A stretch of DNA of 63,326 nucleotides, the filler included, from Deltaproteobacteria bacterium (GTDB lineage Bacteria; JAEEML01): assembly GCA_016283195.1 (NCBI GenBank). It is 6 parts of 6 records of this genome, joined end to end, with 100 filler letters (N's around TTAATTAATTAA, not from the genome) between each part and the next. Parts side by side here need not be neighbours in the genome. Positions count along the whole stretch, not along the records: positions 1 to 4,935 come from JAEEML010000142.1; positions 5,036 to 10,759 come from JAEEML010000143.1; 4 more parts are not named here. One strand, given 5' to 3'. Position numbers and translations under genes: made by a program. Below are positions 1 to 7,976 of the stretch, piece by piece. A model generated the notes under the pieces. It saw only the letters and a list, made by a program, of their open reading frames with translations. It made no database searches and was not told where the DNA came from. The stretch's first letter is position 1. Every line of letters begins with the position of its first letter.

Positions 1-1
1 C

Positions 2-1198
2 GCCATTAATAGCTTTGCCACAACAAGCTCTGTATCAGATACTTATGCCACCAAGGCCATGGTAAATGCTATTAAATATGCTGCTTCCGATTCAGTCGGC
101 GGCGCAGCCACTAAAGCCAATAAAATTAATACTTCCGCGGCAATCGGTGGTGCGGCTCAGCCGGTGTATATTGCGGCAGACGGTACTGTTACTGTTGCTA
201 CCAAGTATTCGGAAGCTTCGGTGAAATCCGCTACCAGCGCTACTAATGCCAATATTACTAGAACTGCCGACACCGCTAATGGTGATAAGCTCCAAATCGG
301 TAGCGGCACAGCTGTTAATATTACTAACGCCAAACATGCCGCCAGCGCTGATTCTGCTACCAGCGCCAGCAAAGCTAGCAAAATTAATACTTCCGCGGCA
401 ATCGGTGGTGCGGCTCAGCCGGTGTATATTGCGGCAGACGGTACTGTTACTGCTGCTACCAAGTATTCGGAAGCTTCGGTGAAATCGGCCACCAGCGCTA
501 CTAATGCTAATATTACCAGAACTGCCGACACCACTAATGGTGATAAACTCCAAATCGGTAGCGGCACAGCTGTTAATATTACTAACGCCAAATATGCTGC
601 CAGCGCTGGTTCAGCTACCAAAGCCACTAATGATGATGGTGGTAACAAAATTTCCTCAACTTATGTCAAAACCAGTGCCGTGAGTGGCTTATCGGTTAGT
701 CATGCAGCTACAGCCGATTCGGCCACTACGGCCAACGCCATTGCTAATGGCGCTGTTAGTAGCGAGGAGAAAATTGCTAGCGGAGTTATTTCTGTAGGTA
801 AACTCAATAATTCATTGAAAAGTATGTTGGTAAGAGCTTATGCCAACTTTGTAGCCACCAATGCCAATGGCGGTACTTTTTATGGTGATGGCATATCTGG
901 TATTAAACGTGATAGTCCCGGTGCCTATACGGTTACGTTTAAACAGGGTGCAATGGCTAGCGAAAATTACACAGTAGTTGCGCGTTATGCTGAAACCACC
1001 ACTTATCAAAATACTGTAGCTTGTATCTTGAGCGTGAGTAATAAAACAACCAGCTCATTTAAACTATCTACAAGAGTTATAAAGAATTCAAGCGGCACTA
1101 TATCCATAACAGATGGTGCTGATTGTGTAAAAACTGCCGCTAGTGGCAGTGCGTCAATGGCCAGAATTGAGTTTGCTGTTTTTGAAAAAGAAGAATGA
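2..1198 (+). CDS. Tail-fibre/adhesin-like repeat protein, 5' end outside window
   Basis: Frame is open from base 2. Ala/Thr/Ser-rich with an 86-aa tandem duplication. C-terminal VRAYANF...GISGIKRDSPGAYTVTF...MASENYTV resembles tail-fibre tip domains. Confidence 0.55.
   Translation, partial: AINSFATTSSVSDTYATKAMVNAIKYAASDSVGGAATKANKINTSAAIGGAAQPVYIAADGTVTVATKYSEASVKSATSATNANITRTADTANGDKLQIGSGTAVNITNAKHAASADSATSASKASKINTSAAIGGAAQPVYIAADGTVTAATKYSEASVKSATSATNANITRTADTTNGDKLQIGSGTAVNITNAKYAASAGSATKATNDDGGNKISSTYVKTSAVSGLSVSHAATADSATTANAIANGAVSSEEKIASGVISVGKLNNSLKSMLVRAYANFVATNANGGTFYGDGISGIKRDSPGAYTVTFKQGAMASENYTVVARYAETTTYQNTVACILSVSNKTTSSFKLSTRVIKNSSGTISITDGADCVKTAASGSASMARIEFAVFEKEE
122..620 (+). 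repeat. 258-bp (86-aa) near-identical tandem duplication
   Basis: aaaattaatacttccgcggcaatcggtggtgcgg starts at both 122 and 380; identity continues for most of the unit. Confidence 0.95.
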
Positions 1199-1299
1199 TT
1201 TATCCTTTTCGCGTGTATAGGCCATCCAGCATAAGATTCTTGTTTTAAAGCGTTTTGAGCCCCCAAACCCCCTAGGGAGCGCAACAAAGAAAAGCGCCA

Positions 1300-2517
1300 T
1301 TACTCCAGCGGCTTTCTTATTAAATCATATAGTTCCGCGCCATTTATCATGGGGAGCAGCACCAAATGGCCGCCCTGCGCGCGATTTATATCAAAGCCTT
1401 CTTCATTTTTTATCTCGTTTACTATGAAGCGCTTTCTTTTTAGCCCCGGCTGGCAAAGCTCCAGCTCATCACCCACCACAAAAGTATTGGTAATGCGCAC
1501 CTCTATATGCCGCCCTCTAAAGCCGGTAATGCGCCCGGCTGTCAGCTGGTCGCCGCCGACGCGCGAACCGTCAAGATGATAAGAAGAGAGCAAATTTTCT
1601 TCATGGCCCACAAAATGGCTTGAAAGCTCGCGCTTACTAGCCGTGTGCAGCTCTTTTAGCATCCGCGGCATTTCGGCGGCAAAGAGCGCATTTTGCCCGC
1701 TAAGCAGCAAATTGATGGCATAATTATAAACATCGCTGATAATGCCCACATAGTAGGTAGAACGGGTGCGACCCTCAATTTTATAGGAAGCTATATTTAG
1801 CGGCAGAAGTTCCGGCAAAAAGGGCAAAAGGCAAAGATCGTCGGCGTCAAAAAAGTAGCTCCCGCGGCCGTCTTCTTCCAAAAAGCGCATTTTGGTGGGA
1901 TTCTTTTCCTCTTCAATAGCCAGGCGGTAGGGCCAGCGGCAGGGCTGGGCACATTCGCCGCGGCGCGGGTCACGGCCCACGGAGTAGAGAGAAAGCAAAC
2001 AGCGCCCGGACCAGGCAATGCAAACAGCCCCGTGAATAAATATTTCAAGCCGCCCTTTAGCCCCGGAAGCCACCGTTTTTAGGCGTTCCAAAGAGAGTTC
2101 ACGCGCCAGCACTATTTGCGAAATACCTTGTGAAAACCAAAAGTTAGCAGCAGCAGCATTAGTAACGCTGCACTGGGTGGAAAGATGTGTTTCCACATTT
2201 TTGGGCATGAGGCTAAGGAGGCCAGGATCGGAAATAATCACCGCATCAACGCCGATATCCCCCAACTCGCCTAAAGTCTTTTTGAGCTCGGGGTATTCAT
2301 CATCAAAGGGCAAAACATTAACGGTCACATAAATTTTTTTGCCCAATTTGTGCAAATAATCTGTGCCGACAAGCAGCTCTTCCAGCGAAAAATTGCCGGC
2401 AAAGCTGCGCATGGAGAATTTTTTTAAGCCCACATAAATAGCATCAGCGCCAAAATGAGCGGCACTATAAAGTTTATCGAGATTACCGGCCGGAGCCAAG
2501 AGTTCGGGACGTTGCAT
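1300..2517 (-). CDS. Peptidase U32 family protein (TrhP/YegQ-like tRNA hydroxylation protein)
   Basis: PELLAPAG, GADAIY, VLARELSL, EIFIHGAVCIAWSGRCLLS, RGECAQPCRW and KIEGR motifs. Confidence 0.9.
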   Translation of the reverse strand: MQRPELLAPAGNLDKLYSAAHFGADAIYVGLKKFSMRSFAGNFSLEELLVGTDYLHKLGKKIYVTVNVLPFDDEYPELKKTLGELGDIGVDAVIISDPGLLSLMPKNVETHLSTQCSVTNAAAANFWFSQGISQIVLARELSLERLKTVASGAKGRLEIFIHGAVCIAWSGRCLLSLYSVGRDPRRGECAQPCRWPYRLAIEEEKNPTKMRFLEEDGRGSYFFDADDLCLLPFLPELLPLNIASYKIEGRTRSTYYVGIISDVYNYAINLLLSGQNALFAAEMPRMLKELHTASKRELSSHFVGHEENLLSSYHLDGSRVGGDQLTAGRITGFRGRHIEVRITNTFVVGDELELCQPGLKRKRFIVNEIKNEEGFDINRAQGGHLVLLPMINGAELYDLIRKPLE

Positions 2518-2739
2518 AGTTTTTCTTCACAATTTAGCGCCAGCAGACCACTATGGCCTCCTAACAGTGCGCCGTTATAGTAATTTTGCTTTTCCCAATT
2601 GGCAATATGAATTTCCATAGCAAACCATAAATGGTGCCTAAAGCACTTTAAGCCATGTCAGTTGCCCTATTGACATAACTCTCCCCTTTTTCTAAAAGTA
2701 GCCTCACTAGGCCGCTTAAAGCGGCGCGAGGAGAAAATA

Positions 2740-3078
2740 ATGCGCTTAAAATCAAAATTCAGCTTACTTATTGGTACCTTATGCACTTTAATGTTGGCTC
2801 CGGCCGTGGCTCTGGCTGATGAAGCCCCGGTAGCCGCCCAAGCGGCCGCTTCCGCCATCTCCGAGCCGGCATTAAAAGCCATTGCCGCCGCTCTGGCCAT
2901 TGCCATTGCCGTAACTTTCGGCGCCATCGGCCAAGCTAAAATCGGCGTCAGCGCCCTTGATGGCATTGCCCGCAACCCCGGAGCCAGCGGCAAAATGTTT
3001 GTGCCTATGCTCCTCGGCATGGCTTTTGTGGAATCACTCGTGCTTTACGCCTTTCTAATCGCCCTCATGATCCGCTGA
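2740..3078 (+). CDS. atpE: F0F1 ATP synthase subunit c with signal-peptide-like N-terminal extension
   Basis: GAIGQAKIG...IARNPGA...LGMAFVESLVLYA hairpin with conserved Glu; GAGGAG RBS. Confidence 0.93.
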   Translation: MRLKSKFSLLIGTLCTLMLAPAVALADEAPVAAQAAASAISEPALKAIAAALAIAIAVTFGAIGQAKIGVSALDGIARNPGASGKMFVPMLLGMAFVESLVLYAFLIALMIR

Positions 3079-3178
3079 TAACCAGCGATAAAAAGCGCCG
3101 TTTTTTTGACCACCTTTAAAAGTCATTGCATATTGCCTTTATCAAGAGCCCGGAAGGGCCTTAACGGAGGGAATAACA

Positions 3179-3517
3179 ATGACTAAGAGCTTAACACGTG
3201 AAAGCCCGCGCTACCGCACTGATTTCTATGTCAATAAGGTCATCGACGACGAACTGCACATGGCCAGAGTGCGCGATATATCCTCGGGCGGCATTTTCCT
3301 TTACAAACTATTGGAACCGGAAGCCGATAACGACGAAATGGCTCTGGAAATGGTGCTTCCCGGCAGCAACGAAGTAATTTGGGCCACCGGCAAAATGGTG
3401 CGCGAACAAGAACACAACGGCGTCCAGGGCACCGCTTTTCGCTTCACCCGCATTTCCGAAGAACACCGCCAAATGATCACCGATTATGTAGAACAAGGCC
3501 GCGGCCAAAGAGCATAA
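3179..3517 (+). CDS. PilZ domain protein
   Basis: RESPRY (RxxxR) and DISSGG (DxSxxG) motifs; GGAGG RBS. Confidence 0.85.
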   Translation: MTKSLTRESPRYRTDFYVNKVIDDELHMARVRDISSGGIFLYKLLEPEADNDEMALEMVLPGSNEVIWATGKMVREQEHNGVQGTAFRFTRISEEHRQMITDYVEQGRGQRA

Positions 3518-3613
3518 CCTAAAGCCGCTCGCTTCCCCCTCTTGTATCAATTCATCAGCCTATGATAAAGGCACTGCTCAGCGGAGTGGTTCCGCAGAGA
3601 AAAGTGACTATGT

Positions 3614-4786
3614 ATGAGTAACTCTACCAAAAGACTACCCAGTTATATATACCCCTCGCTGATGTTTGCCCTGCTCCTCATGGTCACGGCGCCCATCGGC
3701 TATTTTTTAACTATTTTTTTTAAAGAAAATTTGGGCTTTAGCGGCAGCCAAATCGGTTTTTTGTACTCGCTGGGTGCCTTCACCGGCGTTCTCTGCTCCA
3801 TCCCGGCCGGCCTTTTAAACGATCGCCTAAAAAGCCGCACTATCCTTATTATTTCGGCCCTGCTCATGGCCGCCGGCTATGGCGGCATGGCCTTTTTCAC
3901 CGCCTACCTGCCTTATGTCGCCGTTTATTTTATTATGAGCCTGGCCGTTGCCACCTTTAAACTGAGCCTCGATGTGGCGGTATTAAAGGGCAATAACGGC
4001 CCGCAAACCGCCGAGGGCATTGCCGGCTACCACGCTTTTCGTTATGTGGGCCAGGCTATCGGCACCTTTTTATCCGGCTATCTTTTAGCCATCATTAATT
4101 TTAAATACTTTCTTTTGGCTGTAGCCGCTCTCTCGCTTATTTTTATCCCTATGTCATTAAAATTGCCCAATCTCACCTTGGACAAAGTAACTTTAAGCGA
4201 TTACGCCAAGGAGCTTAAAAATCCCAAAGCCATCTTTATGGCTATATGGGTCTTTATTTTCACTTTGCACTGGGGCGCCGAATACACCTGTTACGGCCTC
4301 TTTTTGCACCACACCTTAGCACTTACTTACCGTGAAATGGGCCTCTATATGGGCGTGGAACTTATTGTGCTCACTATAACCGTGCTTATTGCCATGAAAT
4401 ATGTCGACCGCCCCGGCATGACAGGCAAATTCATTATTTTAGGCCTCTTTTTATCGGGCGCATCTCTAATAGGCATGACTTTTACCCCCATCTGGCTCTC
4501 ACTTTCATTTCGGGCTATTCACGGCGTGGGCGACGGGCTGGTCTTTTTAGTGCTCTTTATGGGGCTGGTGCGCCTCTTTGAACCGGAGCGTCTGGGCGGC
4601 GTCACCGGCTTTTTTAACTTTGTACAAATGGGCGGAACTATTGTAGGATCCATCATATCCGGCTATATCGGCGAGCGCTTTGGCTGGGGGGTACCGTTTT
4701 GGAGTAGTGGCATTTTATGTCTAATCCTGATAGTATTTGTTTTCATCTGCGGCCGAAAGGGCCTGTTAGCGGAGCAAAAAGCATGA
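3614..4786 (+). CDS. MFS transporter
   Basis: About 12 hydrophobic segments; GLLNDRLKSR motif-A-like; GYIGERFGW. Confidence 0.88.
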   Translation: MSNSTKRLPSYIYPSLMFALLLMVTAPIGYFLTIFFKENLGFSGSQIGFLYSLGAFTGVLCSIPAGLLNDRLKSRTILIISALLMAAGYGGMAFFTAYLPYVAVYFIMSLAVATFKLSLDVAVLKGNNGPQTAEGIAGYHAFRYVGQAIGTFLSGYLLAIINFKYFLLAVAALSLIFIPMSLKLPNLTLDKVTLSDYAKELKNPKAIFMAIWVFIFTLHWGAEYTCYGLFLHHTLALTYREMGLYMGVELIVLTITVLIAMKYVDRPGMTGKFIILGLFLSGASLIGMTFTPIWLSLSFRAIHGVGDGLVFLVLFMGLVRLFEPERLGGVTGFFNFVQMGGTIVGSIISGYIGERFGWGVPFWSSGILCLILIVFVFICGRKGLLAEQKA

Positions 4787-4935
4787 AAATATTCTTTAAT
4801 TTCTTATCGTTATCATTTTTTGTCTTTACTCTTCTTTTGGTAAATACCGCCGCCGCGCAGCGTTTTGTGGTGGATTTGGAAGACCCTAATTTTGTTCCCT
4901 ACCCCATGGCTGTGCCCGATGTGGTGGAAATGAAG
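4783..4935 (+). CDS. tolB: Probable TolB N-terminus, truncated by contig end
   Basis: Signal peptide (AAA) followed by RFVVDLEDPNFVPYPMAVPD, similar to the TolB N-terminal domain. Confidence 0.55.
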
Positions 4936-5035
4936 NNNNNNNNNNNNNNNNNNNNNNNNNNNNNNNNNNNNNNNNNNNNTTAATTAATTAANNNNNNNNN
5001 NNNNNNNNNNNNNNNNNNNNNNNNNNNNNNNNNNN
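4936..5035. other. Assembly spacer
   Basis: 100-nt N block with central TTAATTAATTAA. Confidence 0.99.
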
Positions 5036-5121
5036 GATCCCATCCCGAACTCGGTAGTTAAGCCCTCTAGCGCCGATGGTACTGCAGCTGTAAGGCTGTG
5101 GGAGAGTAGGTAGCTGCCAGA
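5036..5121 (+). rRNA. rrf: 5S rRNA, 3' portion
   Basis: gatcccatcccgaactcgg...ttaagccc...agcgccgatggtactgc...gggagagtaggt..ctgccag matches the bacterial 5S consensus. Confidence 0.95.
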
Positions 5122-5122
5122 T

Positions 5123-5280
5123 CCTCACCCCCTGACCCCCTCTCCATTTTCTGCGAAAATAGCGAGGGGGAACTTGGGAAAAAAATTAGCCCCGAAAGGG
5201 GCTTTTTTTTTGCCCGCCTCACCCCACCGCAGCGGAAATTATGGCATATCGCCCTCTCCATTTTTACAAATAGAGAGGGC
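5123..5280. repeat. REP-like palindromes, copies A (5136-5170) and B (5251-5280)
   Basis: cctcacccc leader followed by imperfect ccctctccattt...aaatag(a/c)gaggg hairpins. Confidence 0.7.
5188..5211 (+). terminator. Intrinsic terminator of the rRNA operon
   Basis: AGCCCC-GAAA-GGGGCT followed by a T run. Confidence 0.88.
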
Positions 5281-5420
5281 ACATATGATTGAATTTATAT
5301 GTATTTTATAGATGGAATTATAAAGACTATTGGCGAAATATAGAAAGCTGTGGCTGGGCTGACTGTAAGCAGCTATCAAAAGCCAAAAAGTGTGCTATAG
5401 TGGAAAGCGGAGGTGTGAGA

Positions 5421-5630
5421 ATGTTGGCAACAGCAGCGTATGTGACAGGTGATACAGTAACTATTCGCGATGAAAAACTTAAAGTTTTTGACGGGCACCA
5501 GATAATAGTTAATATATTTTTGCCTGAGCAAAAGAAGAATGCGGCCGAGCGTTTTTTTGAAGTAGCCAACAAGGTTCATGGCAATTCTATGGGTCAAAAA
5601 TGGACGCGAGAAGAATTGCATGAACGATAG
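5421..5630 (+). CDS. Putative type II antitoxin (VapB-like)
   Basis: GGAGG RBS; 69 aa ending KWTREELHER; overlaps the start of the PIN gene. Confidence 0.72.
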   Translation: MLATAAYVTGDTVTIRDEKLKVFDGHQIIVNIFLPEQKKNAAERFFEVANKVHGNSMGQKWTREELHER

Positions 5631-6033
5631 AATTTTTATCGACTCGAACATTTTGGTTTATAGCATTGATGACAATGAACCAAAAAAGCAGAGTGTTGCC
5701 AATAAAATTATATGGCAACTGGCGGAAGATGGTGGCACTATTTCAACGCAAGTTTTGTAAGAGTTTTATAATATTGCCACCAAGAAGCTTGGTTTATCTA
5801 AAGAACAGGTCAAAGAGCTAATTGAGCGGCTGGCTGATTGTTTTACTGTTCATAAAAACTCAGTTGCCGATATTTTGCGAGCCATAGAAATTAGTATCAA
5901 GACGCAGTTTTCATTTTGGGATTTCCTTATAATCTCTGCCGCAATTGCCGAAGGTTGTGCGATATTATATTCCGAAGATCTAAGCCATGGGCAGGTGGTG
6001 GACGGGGTGAGGATAGAGAACCCTTTGGGCTGA
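5620..6033 (+). pseudogene. PIN-domain (VapC-like) toxin with in-frame TAA at 5758-5760
   Basis: MNDRIFIDSNILVY...ISTQVL*EFYNIATKKL...FSFWDFLIISAAIAEGCAILYSEDLSHGQVVDGVRIENPLG; the frame continues past the stop. Confidence 0.9.
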
Positions 6034-6068
6034 TTTTTCAAAACCAGCGCTACCTCCGCCTGCGGCGG

Positions 6069-6160
6069 CCCTCACCCCAAAAGCAGCGAAAAATTTATCA
6101 TGTTGCCCTCTCCATTTTTACAAATAGAAAGGGTGGGCGCCGTAGGCGGCCGGGTGAGGG
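6069..6160. repeat. REP-like palindrome, copy C
   Basis: Near-copy of 5217-5280; outer CCCTCACCC (6069-6077) pairs with GGGTGAGGG (6152-6160). Confidence 0.72.
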
Positions 6161-6229
6161 AAGGCAAACAAGCGGCGGTTTCTCCACCATTTTCCTAAAA
6201 ACACTTGCCAAATACAAATACTCTATATT

Positions 6230-6393
6230 GCAGGCACGCCCATCAGGTAGGACACGATATAGGTTTTAATAGCGCTGGGAAATTCAATGGACCTTGCGGC
6301 TTGGGCCGTGAGGTCTATCGTTTGGCGGTTTGCCCGTAGTTAACCCTGACCTCATGTGTTTTACCAGTTGGTGATCGAGGTAGGGGCTTTTTT
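6230..6393 (+). ncRNA. Candidate structured RNA of unknown family
   Basis: 14-bp hairpin 6287-6318 with G-U pairs; closing stem 6230-6240/6324-6333; 3' stem 6344-6385 followed by T6. Confidence 0.45.
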
Positions 6394-6398
6394 GCCCG

Positions 6399-6443
6399 CC
6401 TCACCCTGGCCCCCTTTTCATTTTCTCACGAAAATAGCGAGGG
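6399..6443. repeat. REP-like palindrome, copy D
   Basis: cctcaccctggcccccttttcattttctcacgaaaatagcgaggg resembles copy A. Confidence 0.65.
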
Positions 6444-6502
6444 ATGCAGCTAGGTGAAATTATGCGGTTGGTGTGAATGGAGGTATAAAGGCTACGGTAC
6501 GA

Positions 6503-7238
6503 TTATTCTTCGTGCCCTGCTAATTCTCGTTCTATTTCCTCTATGGTGGGTAAGGATGCTTCCAACTCTTGGGGAATTGTATCCTGAAGCTTATTTTCCC
6601 AATCGGCAACGCCTATAGGATTTGTAAAACCAGTCAGAGCATACTTTACAACAGTATCATTCTTTCCTTTTACTAGCAGCAGTCAGATTGCCGGCTTATC
6701 ATCGGGATGATTTAAAATCCTATTTACAGCGTTTAAGTATAGATTTAATTGTCCGGCAAAACCTGGATTAAATTCACACACTTTTAGCTCTATAACAACG
6801 TAACGTCGCAGCTTTAAGTGGTAAAACAGTACCCCAGGGAATTTGTGCAATGAGCTGTTGCACAATTTGAAAGTCCTCCCATTCCTGCGCAAATTTCCGC
6901 ATATATTTAATATTGCGCGGTGAAAATCCTTTCATTTCAGGAAATTCTTTCCTTAGGTCATACGAAATGCGGTCTATAACTTTTGCGCCCCAGCCTTCTT
7001 CCTGCTGCTTTTCCAATATAGCTTTTCCGATATTCCAATATAGACATATCATAGAAGCATTAGCCTGTAAGGTAACGCTGAGGCGGGCATGATGGATATT
7101 GTTTTTCAGAGCCTTTATGAAATCAGAATATGAGGCCGTCATTTCTGCTTTTTCCGGTGGTGCGGTAAAACGTACTTGATTATTTTCATCAGAAAAGCCT
7201 TTGCGCTCATCTTTACTTTTGATTTTGTTGTTCTTCAT
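6503..7238 (-). pseudogene. YhcG/DUF1016 PD-(D/E)XK-domain protein, internally deleted and frameshifted, with a nonsense codon
   Basis: N-domain (LYWNIGKAI, GWGAKVI, GFSPRNIKYMRKFA, QIPWG) is joined out of frame to the C-domain (LFYHLKLRRYVVIELK...GQLNLY...PAI*LLL...LPTIEEIEREL). Confidence 0.87.
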
Positions 7239-7341
7239 CAGTATTCTTGCCTTTCTGAAGGTTATATAGGCTGTATGATATAGGCTGCCTTAGCGGGTGT
7301 CAAGTAGGGGAGGGTCGATTTAAATAGTAGGAATATTTGGA

Positions 7342-7535
7342 TTAGAGATAACGCTCAATAAACAAATCTATTAGAACAGCGCCTTCGATTAGAATAATAT
7401 TATGGCTATCAGCCAGAACATGAGCATCAGGGCTGAACGTGGCTAAGGTAATAGCGCAGCCTTGAGCCGATTCGGCTTGGTCTTCATCAATGATTTTAAT
7501 GAGTTGCTCGATGGCATTTTTGCCGGTTACATCTC
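7342..7535 (-). pseudogene. C-terminal fragment of an Mrr-like restriction endonuclease
   Basis: Translates ...AIEQLIKII...QGCAITLATFSPDAHVLADSHNIILIEGAVLIDLFIERYL*; no start codon or N-terminus. Confidence 0.6.
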
Positions 7536-7545
7536 GTTAGGCTAA

Positions 7546-7935
7546 TTATATTTTTGAGATTACATCTTGGCGAACCTTGGCATTATCTGTGTCGTTGGCA
7601 GCTATTTTATTGAATTTATATATTAGATCAGCATATTGTAGTAAACTGGTCTTAATCGTTTTGAATCTTTCATTGTATGCTATAAGAATAACATCACAAT
7701 ATTTGTGATTATTAATAAAATCATCAACATCTCCCTGTTTATCTCCCATTGATAGAATGCCTATTGATTGGTTGTTATATGAAAGTACCACGGTAAAATC
7801 TTTGGAATCTCCTCCAATTTGAGTTTTTGGTTCGATAATATTTGTGCCATTTGGACTAAGTTTAATAAAAATATCATTAATCGTAGTTGTTTTTCCTGTG
7901 CTACTTTTACCGTAAATAACTAAAATTTTTTTCAT
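7546..7935 (-). CDS. Small P-loop-containing hypothetical protein
   Basis: ILVIYGKSSTGKTTT Walker A; AT-rich; AAGGA RBS. Confidence 0.7.
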   Translation of the reverse strand: MKKILVIYGKSSTGKTTTINDIFIKLSPNGTNIIEPKTQIGGDSKDFTVVLSYNNQSIGILSMGDKQGDVDDFINNHKYCDVILIAYNERFKTIKTSLLQYADLIYKFNKIAANDTDNAKVRQDVISKI

Positions 7936-7976
7936 CGTTTTATCCTTTATTTCCGAGCATTATTGCTCTTGGTTTG

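Noticed and set aside
3138-3175. TTATCAAGAG resembling the start of a SAM-I riboswitch
   Set aside because: Too short before the PilZ start codon; lacks the GCAACC, GTGC and closing GAT elements.
5758-5760. Stop-codon reassignment explaining the in-frame stops
   Set aside because: Conserved genes end normally in TAA, TAG or TGA; internal stops occur only in accessory toxin/nuclease genes.
6205-6229. TTGCCA...TATATT as a sigma-70 promoter for the candidate RNA
   Set aside because: The spacer is only 13 nt, so it was not counted as support.
6300-6345. GGGCAAACC on the minus strand suggesting a c-di-GMP-I riboswitch
   Set aside because: No following GAAA tetraloop or GACGCAAAG element.
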